Source: Macrostomum hystrix
Lineage: Eukaryota > Animalia > Platyhelminthes
Direction: 5' to 3'
Length of the DNA stretch: 64,000 bases
Assembly (NCBI GenBank): GCA_950097015.1
Contig: CATNEN010000034.1
Coordinates: 1,674,001-1,738,000 of the forward strand
Numbering within the stretch: the stretch's first letter is position 1; each line of letters starts with the position of its first letter. Under the pieces are notes generated by a model. It did no database searches. It was not told the origin of the DNA and saw only the letters and a program-made list of their open reading frames with translations. Both the position numbers and the translations under genes were made by a program. Shown here one piece after another: positions 10,878 through 23,875 of the stretch.

Positions 10878-11850
10878 GGGTCGCCATCATAAGTGCGCAT
10901 GGCACAAGCGCGCCCGTGTATTTTAAGACAAAGTCTGGCACAGGCGCGCAGAGGCATTAGCGCGCACGTTTTGACTTGCACAAGAGCGCGGTAGAAAGTG
11001 CTCAGCACTGACATAAGCGCGCACTATCACAAGACCGCACTGACATAAGCGCGCTGTCAGAGTTTGGCTTAAGCGCGCCCTATCACAAGACCGCACTGAC
11101 ATAAGCGCGCTGTCAGAGTTTGGCTTAAGCGCGCACTATCACAAGACCGCACTGACATAAGCGCGCTGTCAGAGTTTGGCACAAGCGCGCAATGCAATAA
11201 ACAAAAGCAGTCAAGTTGCTACATCGTCAATGTGCGCCGTCAAAGTGAGAAATACTATCTCGTCGATGCGACCAATGCGCAGAAGGTTAGAAGCATAAAA
11301 AATTCGCGTGGATCGCAGCAGTGACTGTTTCATTGTGCGGCGTCTAATGCGCCGACCGTCTTCACTGCGAATGCAGTCGTGACGGAACGCTTGAATGGCA
11401 TGCATTAGGCAGTCCAAGTTCTCCCATAGGTTCGGATGGTATGGTACGACTCAACATCGCAATTTTATCGGCTGGCGAGTCCGAACACAGAGAACCGCTC
11501 GCTGCCAATGCGATCGAGCCAGAACGTTCGCATGTACTCGTAGTCGTGAAGCCTTCGCAGCGCAGCCAAGTTCTCGTTGGATACCTGGAGGAAGTTTTGG
11601 CTCGTAGGCACGCGGTTCTGCGGAAGAAGGCGATCCAGAGCTGAAGCAATACGCTCACTGGACAGAAGGGCCAAAACTAGAAGCTTCTTCAGCCAGATTT
11701 TGACTGCTGGAACATTCCGAAGCAGTGTCTTAAGACCCCACTATTTAAACTTGGCCACAATACTTTGAGCGTAATAAAACCAGAATCCAGACACTTGGCA
11801 GGCTGGAAAAACGGACTGTGCAACGGACTGTTCTCGTTAGAAAACTGTTA
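10878..11850 (-). mobile_element. Decayed Mutator-like (MULE) DNA transposon: C-terminal transposase remnant plus subterminal AAGCGCGC repeats
   Basis: Minus-strand translation with stops: QSVFPACQVSGFWFYYAQSIVAKFK*WGLK...IWLKKLLVLALLSSERIASA...YMRTFWLDRIGSERFSVFGLASR*NCDVESYH. This matches the MULE pattern VFP..v.GCwFH...LMALP.LP...WSV...RTNN.vEswH. Tandem GACATAAGCGCGC/CACAAGCGCGC motifs at 10880-11190. Confidence 0.72.
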
Positions 11851-12229
11851 GACTCCTTAGAAATCCGTTAGACTCCATTTTTAACTGTTCAACATATAAA
11901 AAAACTTTTTGACGCATTTAGAAACCTGTTGGACACGTTTAGAAAAATGTGGACACATTTATAAAACTATTAATACAAGTCATTGAATTAAAGTCTGCTT
12001 TGCACATTTTACCATTCATATCAAACACACACATGGGTGAGAAAAGCTGTGATGTAACCAATTTATAAATGTGCACTGACTGTCTCGCCATGGGGTTGAC
12101 ACAGCTATGTACATTTGACACAGTGAAATTCTTATCAGTGTGCTCACTTTTAATAAAACTGGCCCTGATGCAATCATTAAAATTGGCAGTGGTATGCACG
12201 TTGACAAAACTGGCTCTGATTGAATGCAT

Positions 12230-12600
<371 letters not shown>

Positions 12601-14999
12601 CCAATCATTAAATGTACGTTTTTATCTATTTAAAACACATCACTCAATCAGCCAAGAGACCAATATTACTATCGCTATATAGAAACGCACGTACGGGTGG
12701 GTACTAAATAAAATGAAGATAAATTATTCATAAATGAAGCTTTTTAAAATTCGTTGCAGCAACATCTTTTGTAAGTTATGTTAAAAGAACAGAATTAGAT
12801 ATTGCTTGCAAAAAAAAGTTATCAGTTTTTTATGTGAAAAAAAGTGAAAAGTTCTTAACTCGCTAGTGCATTTTTGTAAAAATCTGCCCTAAGAAAATAA
12901 GTGTCTTGTCCATCTTCTAGTAGTCCTTAGGAAATTCATGCTGACGAAATTCGTTTCCGTTTTCGTTTAATTTTGGGAGTGTTTTGTCCCTCAGCATTAC
13001 ACAAGATTTTTTGTCTGAACAGTAGTGCTCAACAAGGGGGGTTTAGTTTGCTAGCATTAAGCTATACAAAAAAATCACAAATGTGTTTTTTAAACTTAGA
13101 CGAAGTAATGGAATAAAAGGGATCGGTGGAGAATTTTCTGCGATGTACAAACGAATGAACTTTATTCTAAGCTTTATCAGTTCTATCACAAAAGAAATAA
13201 CTTTATTCACAATTCAATAGCATTTTAAATAGGCTAAGCAAAATAAAAAGTAAATTAAAATGTATATATTGTTTTAATATTTTATATGATCTAATGCTTT
13301 GGTGTTCAATTCAAAGTGTCCATAGAACCCAATCTTAGCAAGAACTATCGCAGCTACTAAGTACAGTTAGGCCTAATATGCTTGTTAGTAAGTTATGTTA
13401 CACCGTGAGTTGTAATTTTAAAATCTACTAAAGAATAAAACTTTCGTAGCTACCACAAGTAAAGTCTAAATCAGCACAAGTTTTTAAATGATGTGGCATT
13501 TGCTATTATTTGGCTATGTATATGGCCAAACTAAAGAAAAAGAGAAAATAATTGGGTTGGGACTCGGTGGGTAAAGACTAAGATGATTTCATTCTTGCCA
13601 TGTTACCTTGGGCAACATTCTTTTCCCTTGTGGCACACTACTTTGCAATCTTAGTGTTGCAGTACTAGTGTTCTATGACAGGCCTATATAGGCTATAATT
13701 ATAAGTGCTATACAGCCTAATACAGGCCTATAATCAAGTATATCTAAAGACTCATAATTATAAAAACAATTTGAATTAAATAGGCAAAACTAGGGAATTT
13801 CCAATATTTCATTTCTTTAAATTACTTATTTCAAACTAAGTACCAACAGTGCCAATGTAGATGATGTTATTTCAGGTGCCAATTTTGATTTGTCAGTTAG
13901 CCAGTAGGTTGCCCTGAAGTAGGCTATGATTATAGCTACCAATGTTCCTGAATCCTTAATTCAATGGCACTATCCAATTCAAAATAGATACTGTGCATAG
14001 CTTTGGCAACACAACCTATGGATTATGCAAGAACAAAAAATAAATAGCTAAATAAGCTAATATATTTAGTGACACTAGATAGACCTAGTATAAAGCATCT
14101 AAAGCTTAAATTTCACAATATTATTTTTTTGCCTTAGTTTAAGGGTCTACATCATATGAAGACAAAATTGAATGGCTTATTCAAGCCAACAGTTTATAGG
14201 TGTAAAATGTTTATATTTTAACAATAATGGTATTGGCCTATTATGTATTTATATTTTCATCCATCTTGTCATTTAGAACTTAATAAAATTGATGTGATTA
14301 CATGAAACATAAACAAGAAAGACAAAAAAAAGATTTTTTTGTAAAAAATATTCTATTGCTTTTTTCTGTCAGATGTCTCAATTTTTCTTATTAATAATGA
14401 AACCTAGAGAGTATCTAAAATTTTATTTACAAATAACATATAGAGGATAGTTAATACAAAATTCAAAACTATAAAAAGAAACTTTCAGGTTTTTGAAAAT
14501 TTAGGACTATAAATTAAAAAAGTATAGAGATATAAGTACAAGTACTCAGTCCTTAGAAATTTTTAAAATTAATGTTTATTGCATTAGTATTAAACTCACT
14601 TATGTTGAAACCTAATGTGTCATCTTGTGTATCCATTTTTAACAATGTGTTTTGATCATGGTAAAAAAGATTTTTACCTCATGTAGTCATAAGAAGATAA
14701 TTAAACTTTTTCTGTTCATTCTTTAGTATAGATTTGAATCAAGCAATGCTTTTTGTATATAGAATAGTTCTACAGTATCTATGATTGAAATAATAATATT
14801 ATTACACAATAACAGTACAATAGTTATCTCCATAACTTTCCCATAGCATATATATCTCCAAACATGTAACTAAATGAATTTCCCATAGCTTCTGGTACTT
14901 TATACTAAATTATCTTGCATAATTTATAGTTATAATCTTTGCATAAAAATAATTTTCATTGCAGTTAGCCAATTAGGCCAGAATTAAAGAAATAGGAAA

Positions 15000-17900
15000 A
15001 TGACTGCCAATGAAGATGCTGCCGCCTTGATCCCTGGTAAGTTGTTAGTTTAAATTAATCTGCTACAGCTTGTGCCCTACTATTTCGTATAATTTCTTAT
15101 TAAGAATTATTTTTTTCTATTTAAAATTGACTGTAGGTAATCATGCTGCCAGTGACAATGAGGTCTCCATCAGTGGAGACAAATCTATGCCTGTCAGCAG
15201 CAAGGTACAAGCTGTGACACACTATTTGAGGTGAGAAAACTTGCAATTCTAATCTATTTCAGTGGGTGCAGAAATGTTCAGACAAATAGATGACTCAGGA
15301 AAAAAGACATACAGAGATTTGATATGTGAGAGATAAGGCAGAGAGAAGATTCCGAAGAGATAAGACATACAGAGATTTGATATGTGAGAGATAAGGCAGA
15401 GAGAAGATTCCGAAGAGATAAGACATACAGAGATTTGATATGTGAGAGATAAGGCAGAGAGAAGATTCCGAAGAGATAAGACATACAGAGATTTGATATG
15501 TGAGAGATAAGGCAGAGAGAAGATTCCGAAGAGATAAGACATACAGAGATTTGATATGTGAGAGATAAGGCAGAGAGAAGATTCCGAAGAGATAAGACAT
15601 ACAGAGATTTGATATGTGAGAGATAAGGCAGAGAGAAGATTCCGAAGAGATAAGACATACAGAGATTTGATATGTGAGAGATAAGGCAGAGAGAAGATTC
15701 CGAAGAGATAAGACATACAGAGATTTGATATGTGAGAGATAAGGCAGAGAGAAGATTCCGAAGAGAAAAGACACGAAGAGATAAGTCAGAAAGTGATAAC
15801 AAGAGAGACGTGTTGTACGTAATTGATTCATGACTCTGGCAGGCCGTCTATCCCCTAAATTACCTGTCCCTAATTTATAGTCTAATAAGCTCCGTATTTC
15901 CTCCATCCCAGCCTGCCGGACAATGTCAAGCGCAGAATCAGGGCCCTAAAGAAGCTGCAGTTCGCTGCTCTTGAGCAAGAGGCTGAATTCTTTCGCGAGC
16001 TGCACGAGCTTGAGGCGCGATTCACATCTAACTACCTGGAACAGCTGGATCGGCGGCGCGAGATAGTCAGCGGAGATGCCGAGCCAACCGACGAAGACGC
16101 AGACTGGTCGGAGGAGGCCGACAGCGGCGGCTTCGCTGCCCAGCTGTCTGAGATGCTCAAGCAAAAGGTTCCATATTTTTTTCGAGTGTACTTGCTGATC
16201 TGTGCTTCGCTTATATCATTTTTATTGCATTGTGTCAATCTAAAATCAACTTGTCATTCTGACGTTCCTACTACACTGACCTAATCTGTCACTCAAACGC
16301 CATGTCACTCTAACTGACGCATTCTTGACGCATTCTTGTCACTCTGACTGACCCATTCATGTAACTCTGACTGACGCATTCTTGTCACTCTGACTGACCC
16401 ATTCTTGTCACTCTGACTAACCCATTCTTGTCACTCTGACTAACTCATTCTTGTCACTCTGACTGACTCATTCTTGTCACTCTGACTAACCCATTCTTGT
16501 CACTCTGACTGACTCATTCTTGGCACTCTGACTAACCCATTCTTGTCACTCCGACTGACTCATTCTTGTCACTCTGACCGACGCATTTATGTAATTCTGA
16601 CTGACGCATTCCTGTCACTCTGACTGACCCATTCTTGTCACTCTGACTAACCCATTCTTGTCACTCTGACTAACCCATTCTTGTCACTCTGACTGACTCA
16701 TTCTTGTCACTCTGACTAACCCATTCTTGTCACTCTGACTGACGCATTCTTGTCACTCTGACTAACCCATTATTGTCACTCTGACTGGCTATCTACCTGT
16801 AATAAATTTCCTTCGCATATCCTCGATATGGCATCCGCAGGTCACTATCGAAGAAGTTGACGAATCCGGCCAGCCGAAGCAGGTGGACGCAAAGGGTGTG
16901 CCAGATTTTTGGCTGACCGCCATGAAAAATGTCGAATTACTGGCCGAGATGGTGCAGCCGCATGATGAGCCAGTGTTGAAGCATCTTAACGATATTCGGG
17001 TTAAACTGTTCAGCGGCGAGGAGGTGAGTTGAGGCTCATGTTTTTCAATTTAGCCCTGATACCCTATGCTTATCAGGATTTGCTCTTTACCAGGGGTCGT
17101 CAAACTTATTAGCTAGCGGGCCAAAGAGAATCTAAAAGACGAGAGCGGGCCGCATTGACTGTATAAATATAAGATAGGGGAGAGATGAGACTCTGGAGAG
17201 ACGCGAAAGAGGAGAGATAAGACAGTGGGGAGATGAGACACGGAAGAGATAGGAGACGCGAAAGAGGAGAGATAAGACAGTGGGGAGATAAGACACGGAA
17301 GAGATGAGAAACGCGAAAGAGGAGAGATAAGACAGTGGGGAGATGAGACACGGGGGAGATGAGAGACGCGAAAGAGGAGAGATAAGACAGTTGGGAGATG
17401 AGACACGGGAAAGATGAAACTTTAGGTGTGAAAGAGGATACGATAGGTGTCGGAAGTGGCAACGGGCCGGATTTGAGAGCTTCGAGGGCCGCATCTGGCT
17501 CGCGAGCCTGAGTTTTCCGACACCTACTCTATACTAATCAGGATTTTTAAAAGTACTTTTCTCTACTCTCAGTAGCACGCACAGCTTAACCCAGTTGAAA
17601 AAATATATATAAAAGCGGCCATATTTTAGTCCACCATCAAAGTTCAGAAATAATTTGATTTAGTTGGAAAACTCTTACGCAATCCTTTTAGAGCGGATTC
17701 GAGCTGACGTTTCATTTTACTCCGAATGACTGGTTCACCAATGAGACTCTGACCAAGACCTATTATCTGCGCATGGGCCCAACCAGAGACGAGCCTTGGA
17801 GCTACGAGGGCCCGGAAATTGTGCGCAGCAAGGGCTGCGATATCTACTGGCGCAAGGGCAAGAATGTCACGGTGAAGGTGGTTAAGAAGGTGCAGAAGCA

Positions 17901-19863
17901 TAAGTCTGGAGGCCAGAAGCGCACAGTCACTAAGACTGTGGAGACCGATTCGTTTTTCAACTTCTTCAATCCGCCTAAGCAGTGTAAGTTTTCAAACCAT
18001 TACCAACCGATAGAGTTAGGATATTAACGACTCATGGAGCAGGAACCTCTTGAACGCTTGAAATATGGGATGCAGGGGATTAACGACTGATAAAGCGGCA
18101 GCTTAGCTACTGACGAAGTGGGGGATAGGAATTCGTTGAAGTAGGGAATCGGTGACTGATGAAGTGGGGATTAATGGTCGACTAAGTTGAGGACTGACGA
18201 AAATAGTGATAAGGAAATCTAGAAGCAACTAATTATATGTATAATTAAAACTAAATGCAAACATTTTTCCTCTGTTTTTCTTAATCATTTCAGCTGTGGA
18301 GGAACTCGAAGAGGTACAGTTCCTCATTTCTGCTGAATTCCTCTTTATTGATTTTTTTACAATTAAATCTAAGAATTCTCAATCGATTTCATCACTATTT
18401 AGAACGACGAGGACGTTGAGAACCTGCTCCAGTCTGACTTTGAAATAGGCCACTTCATGCGCGACCGATTTGTGCCCAGAGCGGTGCTGTACTTCACCGG
18501 CGATGCGCTGGATGACGAAGACGATGAAGATGTAGGTGGAACTGTGCTTTGATCTAGGCACTTTTGGTCATTCTTTATTGGGGCCTATTAAGGGGTGTGA
18601 GTGGCAGAGCAGTTTAACGCGTCTCTCGCACCAAGGTCCCTAAGTTCGATTCCGCGGCGAGGCCACATTCATTTGGGGCGCAGCCGCGGAGAGAAGGCTC
18701 GGGGGCTTGTCGTACAACGATGAGAATGTCAGGGCAGATGTACGCACCTGTGTGAGTGTGTGATTAGGAGTCAGCGAAATGGGCGGAATTGCCTCCTCGC
18801 GGTTCTACTGTCATCAAATAAACTTTACATTGTTTTCCATAGAAATAGTTAGGTGTGGACATGCTTTGGATATAATTTTTTACCGATACGTGAACTGAAG
18901 CACTGAGAAATTTAAGCTTCTTATTTAAAGTTAAACTGTTTCCTTCGGCAAAGATTCGAACCTCTTTCAGTCAAAAGTATGAAGTCCCAAACACTTATTT
19001 AGTAATATATATTTATCATCAGTTTTGGTCATAGCTATAAAGTTGTTGGGTTTGGTCGTAATAGAAGTGTGAGCGGAATCAGGTCGTATATCTTGGCAGC
19101 TGTTATTGCGACCACTAACTGTGAATTTTTATAATGATTTGTTAGAGTTCGGTTGTTATTATTGTTGCCTGTTAAGTTGTTTTATAAATATAATTGCGCT
19201 ATTGTTTAACGTTACTTTTTGTATGTTATATTCGTTAAAAAAACCATCCGTTTTTCTAATGTCAATTCATTTCAGTACGAAGAAGAGGACGACGAGGTAA
19301 GAAAATTTTAATCCCATCAATCATAGTTGGGATCCTACAACTTTAGGGTATTTTGATTGATAGTTATCTATCTTCGTATCGTAGATCAGAGTTCAATTCA
19401 TTTTGCAATTTTTTACCCTGTCCGCGTTTTTAGGATGACGATGATGAAGACGATGACGAGGAAGGCGATGGACATGGAACCAGGGCAGCGGTGAGTTGTG
19501 CAACAGTTATTTTATTGAACCCCTAGAATCTTCTCAATCTGTTCTCACTTTTTAATCTTCATATATGGTCTCTCTTGGTGTCTCAGGATTATTTATCGAG
19601 ATCTACTCTCACCCATCTCTCTCGGTGTCTCAGGATTATTTATCGAGATCTACTCTCACCCATCTCTCTCGGTGTCTCAGGATTATTTATCGAAATGTAC
19701 TCGAGTCTCGACCAGTACTCAATGACTAATTGCACCTCAAAGGCATTTATAATTACATTTTATCCCTAAAGACCTTAAAGATCAAAAGCCAATTTGCGCA
19801 ACTCTGATTCACAATTCACTCGTTAATTAGAACGCGCCACAGCAGGAGTGCAAGCAGCAGTGA
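15000..19863 (+). CDS. NAP1: Nucleosome assembly protein 1 (NAP1-like histone chaperone), 373 aa
   Basis: join(15000..15036, 15137..15230, 15912..16167, 16841..17023, 17692..17983, 18294..18313, 18403..18531, 19276..19296, 19434..19490, 19831..19863) = 1122 nt, in frame. Motifs [71 protein letters not shown], acidic tail, C-terminal ECKQQ. Confidence 0.96.
15305..15775. repeat. 59-bp minisatellite (GACATACAGAGATTTGATATGTGAGAGATAAGGCAGAGAGAAGATTCCGAAGAGATAA...), about 8 copies
   Basis: Direct reading; NAP1 intron 2. Confidence 0.95.
16300..16790. repeat. 23-bp minisatellite (CATTCTTGTCACTCTGACTRACY)n
   Basis: Direct reading; NAP1 intron 3. Confidence 0.93.
17091..17526 (+). mobile_element. 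hAT-family MITE with an internal approximately 57-bp tandem repeat
   Basis: TIRs CAGGGGTCGTCAAACT / AGTTTTCCGACACCTA (12/16 match); 8-bp TSD CTCTTTAC (17083-17090) vs CTCTATAC (17527-17534); subterminal GCGGGCC/GGGCCGC motifs typical of hAT non-autonomous elements. Confidence 0.82.
18592..18830 (+). mobile_element. tRNA-derived SINE, copy with internal deletion and truncated 3' end
   Basis: A-box-like GTGGCAGAGCAG, B-box AGTTCGATTCC; colinear with the copies at 46.6, 50.2 and 63.5 kb. Confidence 0.8.
19571..19700. repeat. Approximately 52-bp tandem duplication x2.5 (GGTGTCTCAGGATTATTTATCGAGATCTACTCTCACCCATCTCTCTC)
   Basis: Direct reading; last NAP1 intron. Confidence 0.85.
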
Positions 19864-21212
19864 ATGCGCAGCAAGCAAATGTTTCAACTGTACCTGAAAT
19901 TATTGTCGAGGGTTCTAATCAGCGGATTGGCGGTCAGCGGACTTCTAAAAAATTGTTGGGTGTAGTTTTTTATTAATAAAAATTACCTTTACCTTTATTG
20001 AATGCTATAATATGAAATAATTAAAAAATCTGCAGCTTTCTACTACTAGTAGCAGACTCGACGCGCGTACATGTCAAAAACCTAGTATCGTATTAAATTT
20101 TTGGCAACAAAGTGTTATTCTTGTGTTAGTCCGCATCACATCCGGTAACTTGTTGTTTCGTTTATTAAACTGATTCTTTGCAATTGATGCACAAAATTGC
20201 TGTCAATTCATACTAGTCGCAAAGCAGCAAATTGTTTCTTTTTTATGGATCAATTTGATCCCATTTATAAATAAATAAAATTTGCGTCGTAGTAGGGCAA
20301 AGTAAATCTTCCACTGGTTGCTATGCGACTGAGGCGCACAACACAAAGGATGGGCCAGTTAATTACATTTTGATGTCATTTAAAGTCCCCGTGAGCTAAC
20401 ATGGTCTCAGCCTGTCTCCGTCATCTAGTTTGCTTGAACCTGTACCCCAGTCTATTTTCTCTTTCCAATTTATTTTTCCTTCGCGTCATAGTTCGTACAG
20501 TAGGTTGCGCCGGCGCGTGAAGCAACAAAGAGAACTGAAACTATTATTTTTGCGTCTTAACCGTTTCGTCTTACAGAAGCATTATCGCATTTGCCTTTAT
20601 TTGAAGAAAACTTGTGTTCTTTTTCAAATCAAAACAGCCACCAACTAGACCATTTTTTTACTGGCCGACTGAACTACACTAATAGTTTTTCAATTAGGCA
20701 CAACGAGACTCACACTGGCTAGCGAAATCGATTGACTAAAATCCAATGAAAACAATGCACAGTTACTCTGTTATTCTAAAATTAGTTTTTTTGAAATGAT
20801 CCGTTACTTGTCAGTTTGTATCAGACAGTGTTGTCTTCTGTTGCCTTGTAAACCTACTAATATCCTTTCCTTTTTAATAAACAACATAATAATTAAAAAG
20901 CTCTTATTATTTACCTAGCGGGGCCTTTTTTTAATCTTTAATCTCCGACCGTCGGAAGAAAGGGTTGTTTTTTTTTAAGTAGAAATTTACTTGTCTTGCG
21001 CATTGGTTCCACTATTGAAATCGAAAACAACAGAGACCAATACCGAGCTCGGCTAAAAACTGCAGTCAACTTTGGATCTGAAATAAATCAGAAAGCTGGT
21101 GTTTTTTTGTGCCTGGTCAAAATTTGTGCCTGATTTTAAGCCTTCTTCTTTAGCTGCGTTTAGTAACCGTGAATGAGTAAAAATTTTTGTTTTCTTGTTT
21201 TAAGTAAAAACG

Positions 21213-22020
21213 CCCTATGAAATGAGTCCAAATCATACTGAATGCGTCGAAATCATATTAATTGAGTCGAAATCTAACTGAATGAGTCGAAATCTTACTG
21301 AATGAGTCGAAATCTTACTGAATGAGTCGAAATCTTACTGAATGAATCGAAATCTTACTGAATGCGTCGAAATCCTATTAAATGAGTCCAAACATACTGA
21401 ATGAGTCGAAATCTTATTAAAATAGTCGAAATCATACTGAATGCGTCGAAATCCTATTAAAATAGTCGAAATCATACTGAATGCGTCGAAATCCTATTAA
21501 AATAGTCCAAATCATACTGAATGCGTCGAAATCCTATTAAAATAGTCCAAATCATACTGAATGCGTCGAAATCATATTAAAATAGTCCAAATCATACTGA
21601 ATGCGTCGAAATCATATTAAAATAGTCCAAATCATACTGAATGCGTCGAAATCATATTAAAATAGTCCAAATCATACTGAATGCGTCGAAATCATATTAA
21701 AATAGTCCAAATCATACTGAATGCGTCGAAATCATATTAAATGAGTCGAAATCATACTGAATGAGTCGAAATCCTATTAAAATAGTCCAAATCATACTGA
21801 ATGCGTCGAAATCATATTAAAATAGTCCAAATCTTACTGAATGCGTCGAAATCCTATTAATTGAGTCGAAATCATACTGAATGAGTCGAAATCCTATGAA
21901 ATGAGTCGAAATCCTACTAAATGAGTCCAAATCTTACTGAATGAGTTGAAATCCTATTAAAGGAGTCGAAATCCTACTATATGAGTCCAAATCTTAGTGA
22001 ATGAGTCGAAATCCTATTGA
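21213..22020. repeat. 20-bp minisatellite (AATGMGTCSAAATCHTAYTR)n with a 40-bp dimer structure in the centre
   Basis: Direct reading; intergenic, upstream of the PH-domain gene. Confidence 0.94.
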
Positions 22021-22171
22021 ATGACTTGTAATACTACAGAATCCATTTTAGTAAATCAATGGATATGCATTTGCTGAAGGCAGAACACAGTACAAAGACC
22101 TTGGTAAATAACTACTATAACGTCAGCCCAATTAACTTGAATCTCTTCAGCAGCCGCAAGAAACTGTGGCA

Positions 22172-23831
22172 ATGACCGGCGACGCCCAGGTCGTCAGCCG
22201 GGTACTTTTCGGTCGCCGATTTCGCCACTGCCGCAGACGACATCGCCAGTGCCGACCGACGGCTGAGGGCTCTTTGGTTGCCGCAATTTCGACCGACAAT
22301 ATTTCAGCTGCCCAGACAGTTGCAGGAAATCAGCCGTACACTTGCCAGTGCTTCGATCTTCAGACCTGCGTGGCTCGCCTCCAGTCCTGCGGAGGCGGCA
22401 TCGGTGTTAGAGCTGAAGATCGGCTGCTGAATATTTATCATCAGACTGACGATGCAAAGTCTGTTAATTTTTCTACGGCAGATCTGGTAACTAGGATTTG
22501 TTTTGTCTTCACTCAGTTAGTTCATGAAATGCGCTGTTTATTTATCGAACACAGACGTTTTCTTCATAAAACAAAGCTGCTTGTTCATAAAACAGGTCGG
22601 TTTGTTCATGAAAAGCTGCTGTTTATTTATGATACACTTCTGTTTGTTCATGAAACTGCTTTTTGTACATGCATGAAACTGCTATTTGTTCATCGAACAC
22701 AGACATTTTCTTCATAAAACAAAGCTGTTTGTTCATGAAACACTGCAGTTTGTTCATGAAATACTGCTGTTTGTTCATGAAACACTGCTGTTTGTTCATG
22801 AAACACTGCTGTTTGTTCATGAAACACTGCTGTTTGTTCACGAAACACTTTTGCAGTTTGTTCATGAAACACTGCAGTTTGTTCATGAAACACTGCTGTT
22901 TGTTCATGAAACACTGCAGTTTGTTCATGAAACACTGCTGTTTGTTCATGAAACACTGCTGTTTGTTCATGAAACACTGCTGTTTGTTCACAAAACGCTG
23001 CTGTTTGTTCATGAAACACTGCTGTTTGTTCATGAAACACTGCTGTTTGTTCATGAAACGCTGCTGTTTGTTCATGAAACAATGCTGTTTGTTCATGAAA
23101 CACTGCTGTTTGTTCATGAAACACTTTTGCAGTTTGTTCATGAAACAATTTTGCAGTTTGTTCATGAAACACTGCAGTTTGTTCATGAAACACTGCTGTT
23201 TGTTCATGAAACACTGCTGTTTGTTCATGAAACACTGCAGTTTGTTCATGAAACACTGCTGTTTGTTCATGAAACACTGCTGTTTGTTCACAAAACGCTG
23301 CTGTTTGTTCATGAAACAGGTATTGAAAATATTTTACATCCCCTCAGTAAAACTTCGCTACAATTTCTTTAGTAATAAATCATCGTGTTGTTATTTTATA
23401 AGTAATTTTATGAGTAACTGCAGGTAGTGTAATTTTGAACAGTTTTGTGTTACTTCCACAAACAGCAGGCCGGAGAGTCTAACGAAGCAACCGTCTATAC
23501 ATTTTTCATCTCTGGCATGTCAGATGTAAGTCTTGTTTGAACTGATGCGCCAGTACCCACAGCCTCGTTTCAGTATTCGTATTTAAATTGTTTCAACCAT
23601 TTTTACGCAGATTTCGCTAGTTGGGCAGGACTGCAACCTCATTTGTGAGTGGCTTTAAGAATGTTCTTATTTAAATAAATTCAATACAAAAAAGCTTCCT
23701 CATACCCATCAATTCGTGCACTTATTCCTTGCAGTATTCTCCTACAATGGAGAGCGTTTTGCCATGTCGAGCAAAACTGTTGATAGCGCCACTGCTGCGG
23801 TGTCAATTGACTGGTTTGAAATTCTCAAGCT

Positions 23832-23875
<44 letters not shown>

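Noticed and set aside
15205-15230. NAP1 exon 2 ending at the first GT (15205), implying a missing exon
   Set aside because: Using the stronger GTGAG donor at 15231 restores phase with the next exon, so no missing exon is needed.
22623-23427. ORFs (FVHETLL)n/(FMNKQQC)n
   Set aside because: 21-bp minisatellite inside a GT-AG intron (22487-23468).
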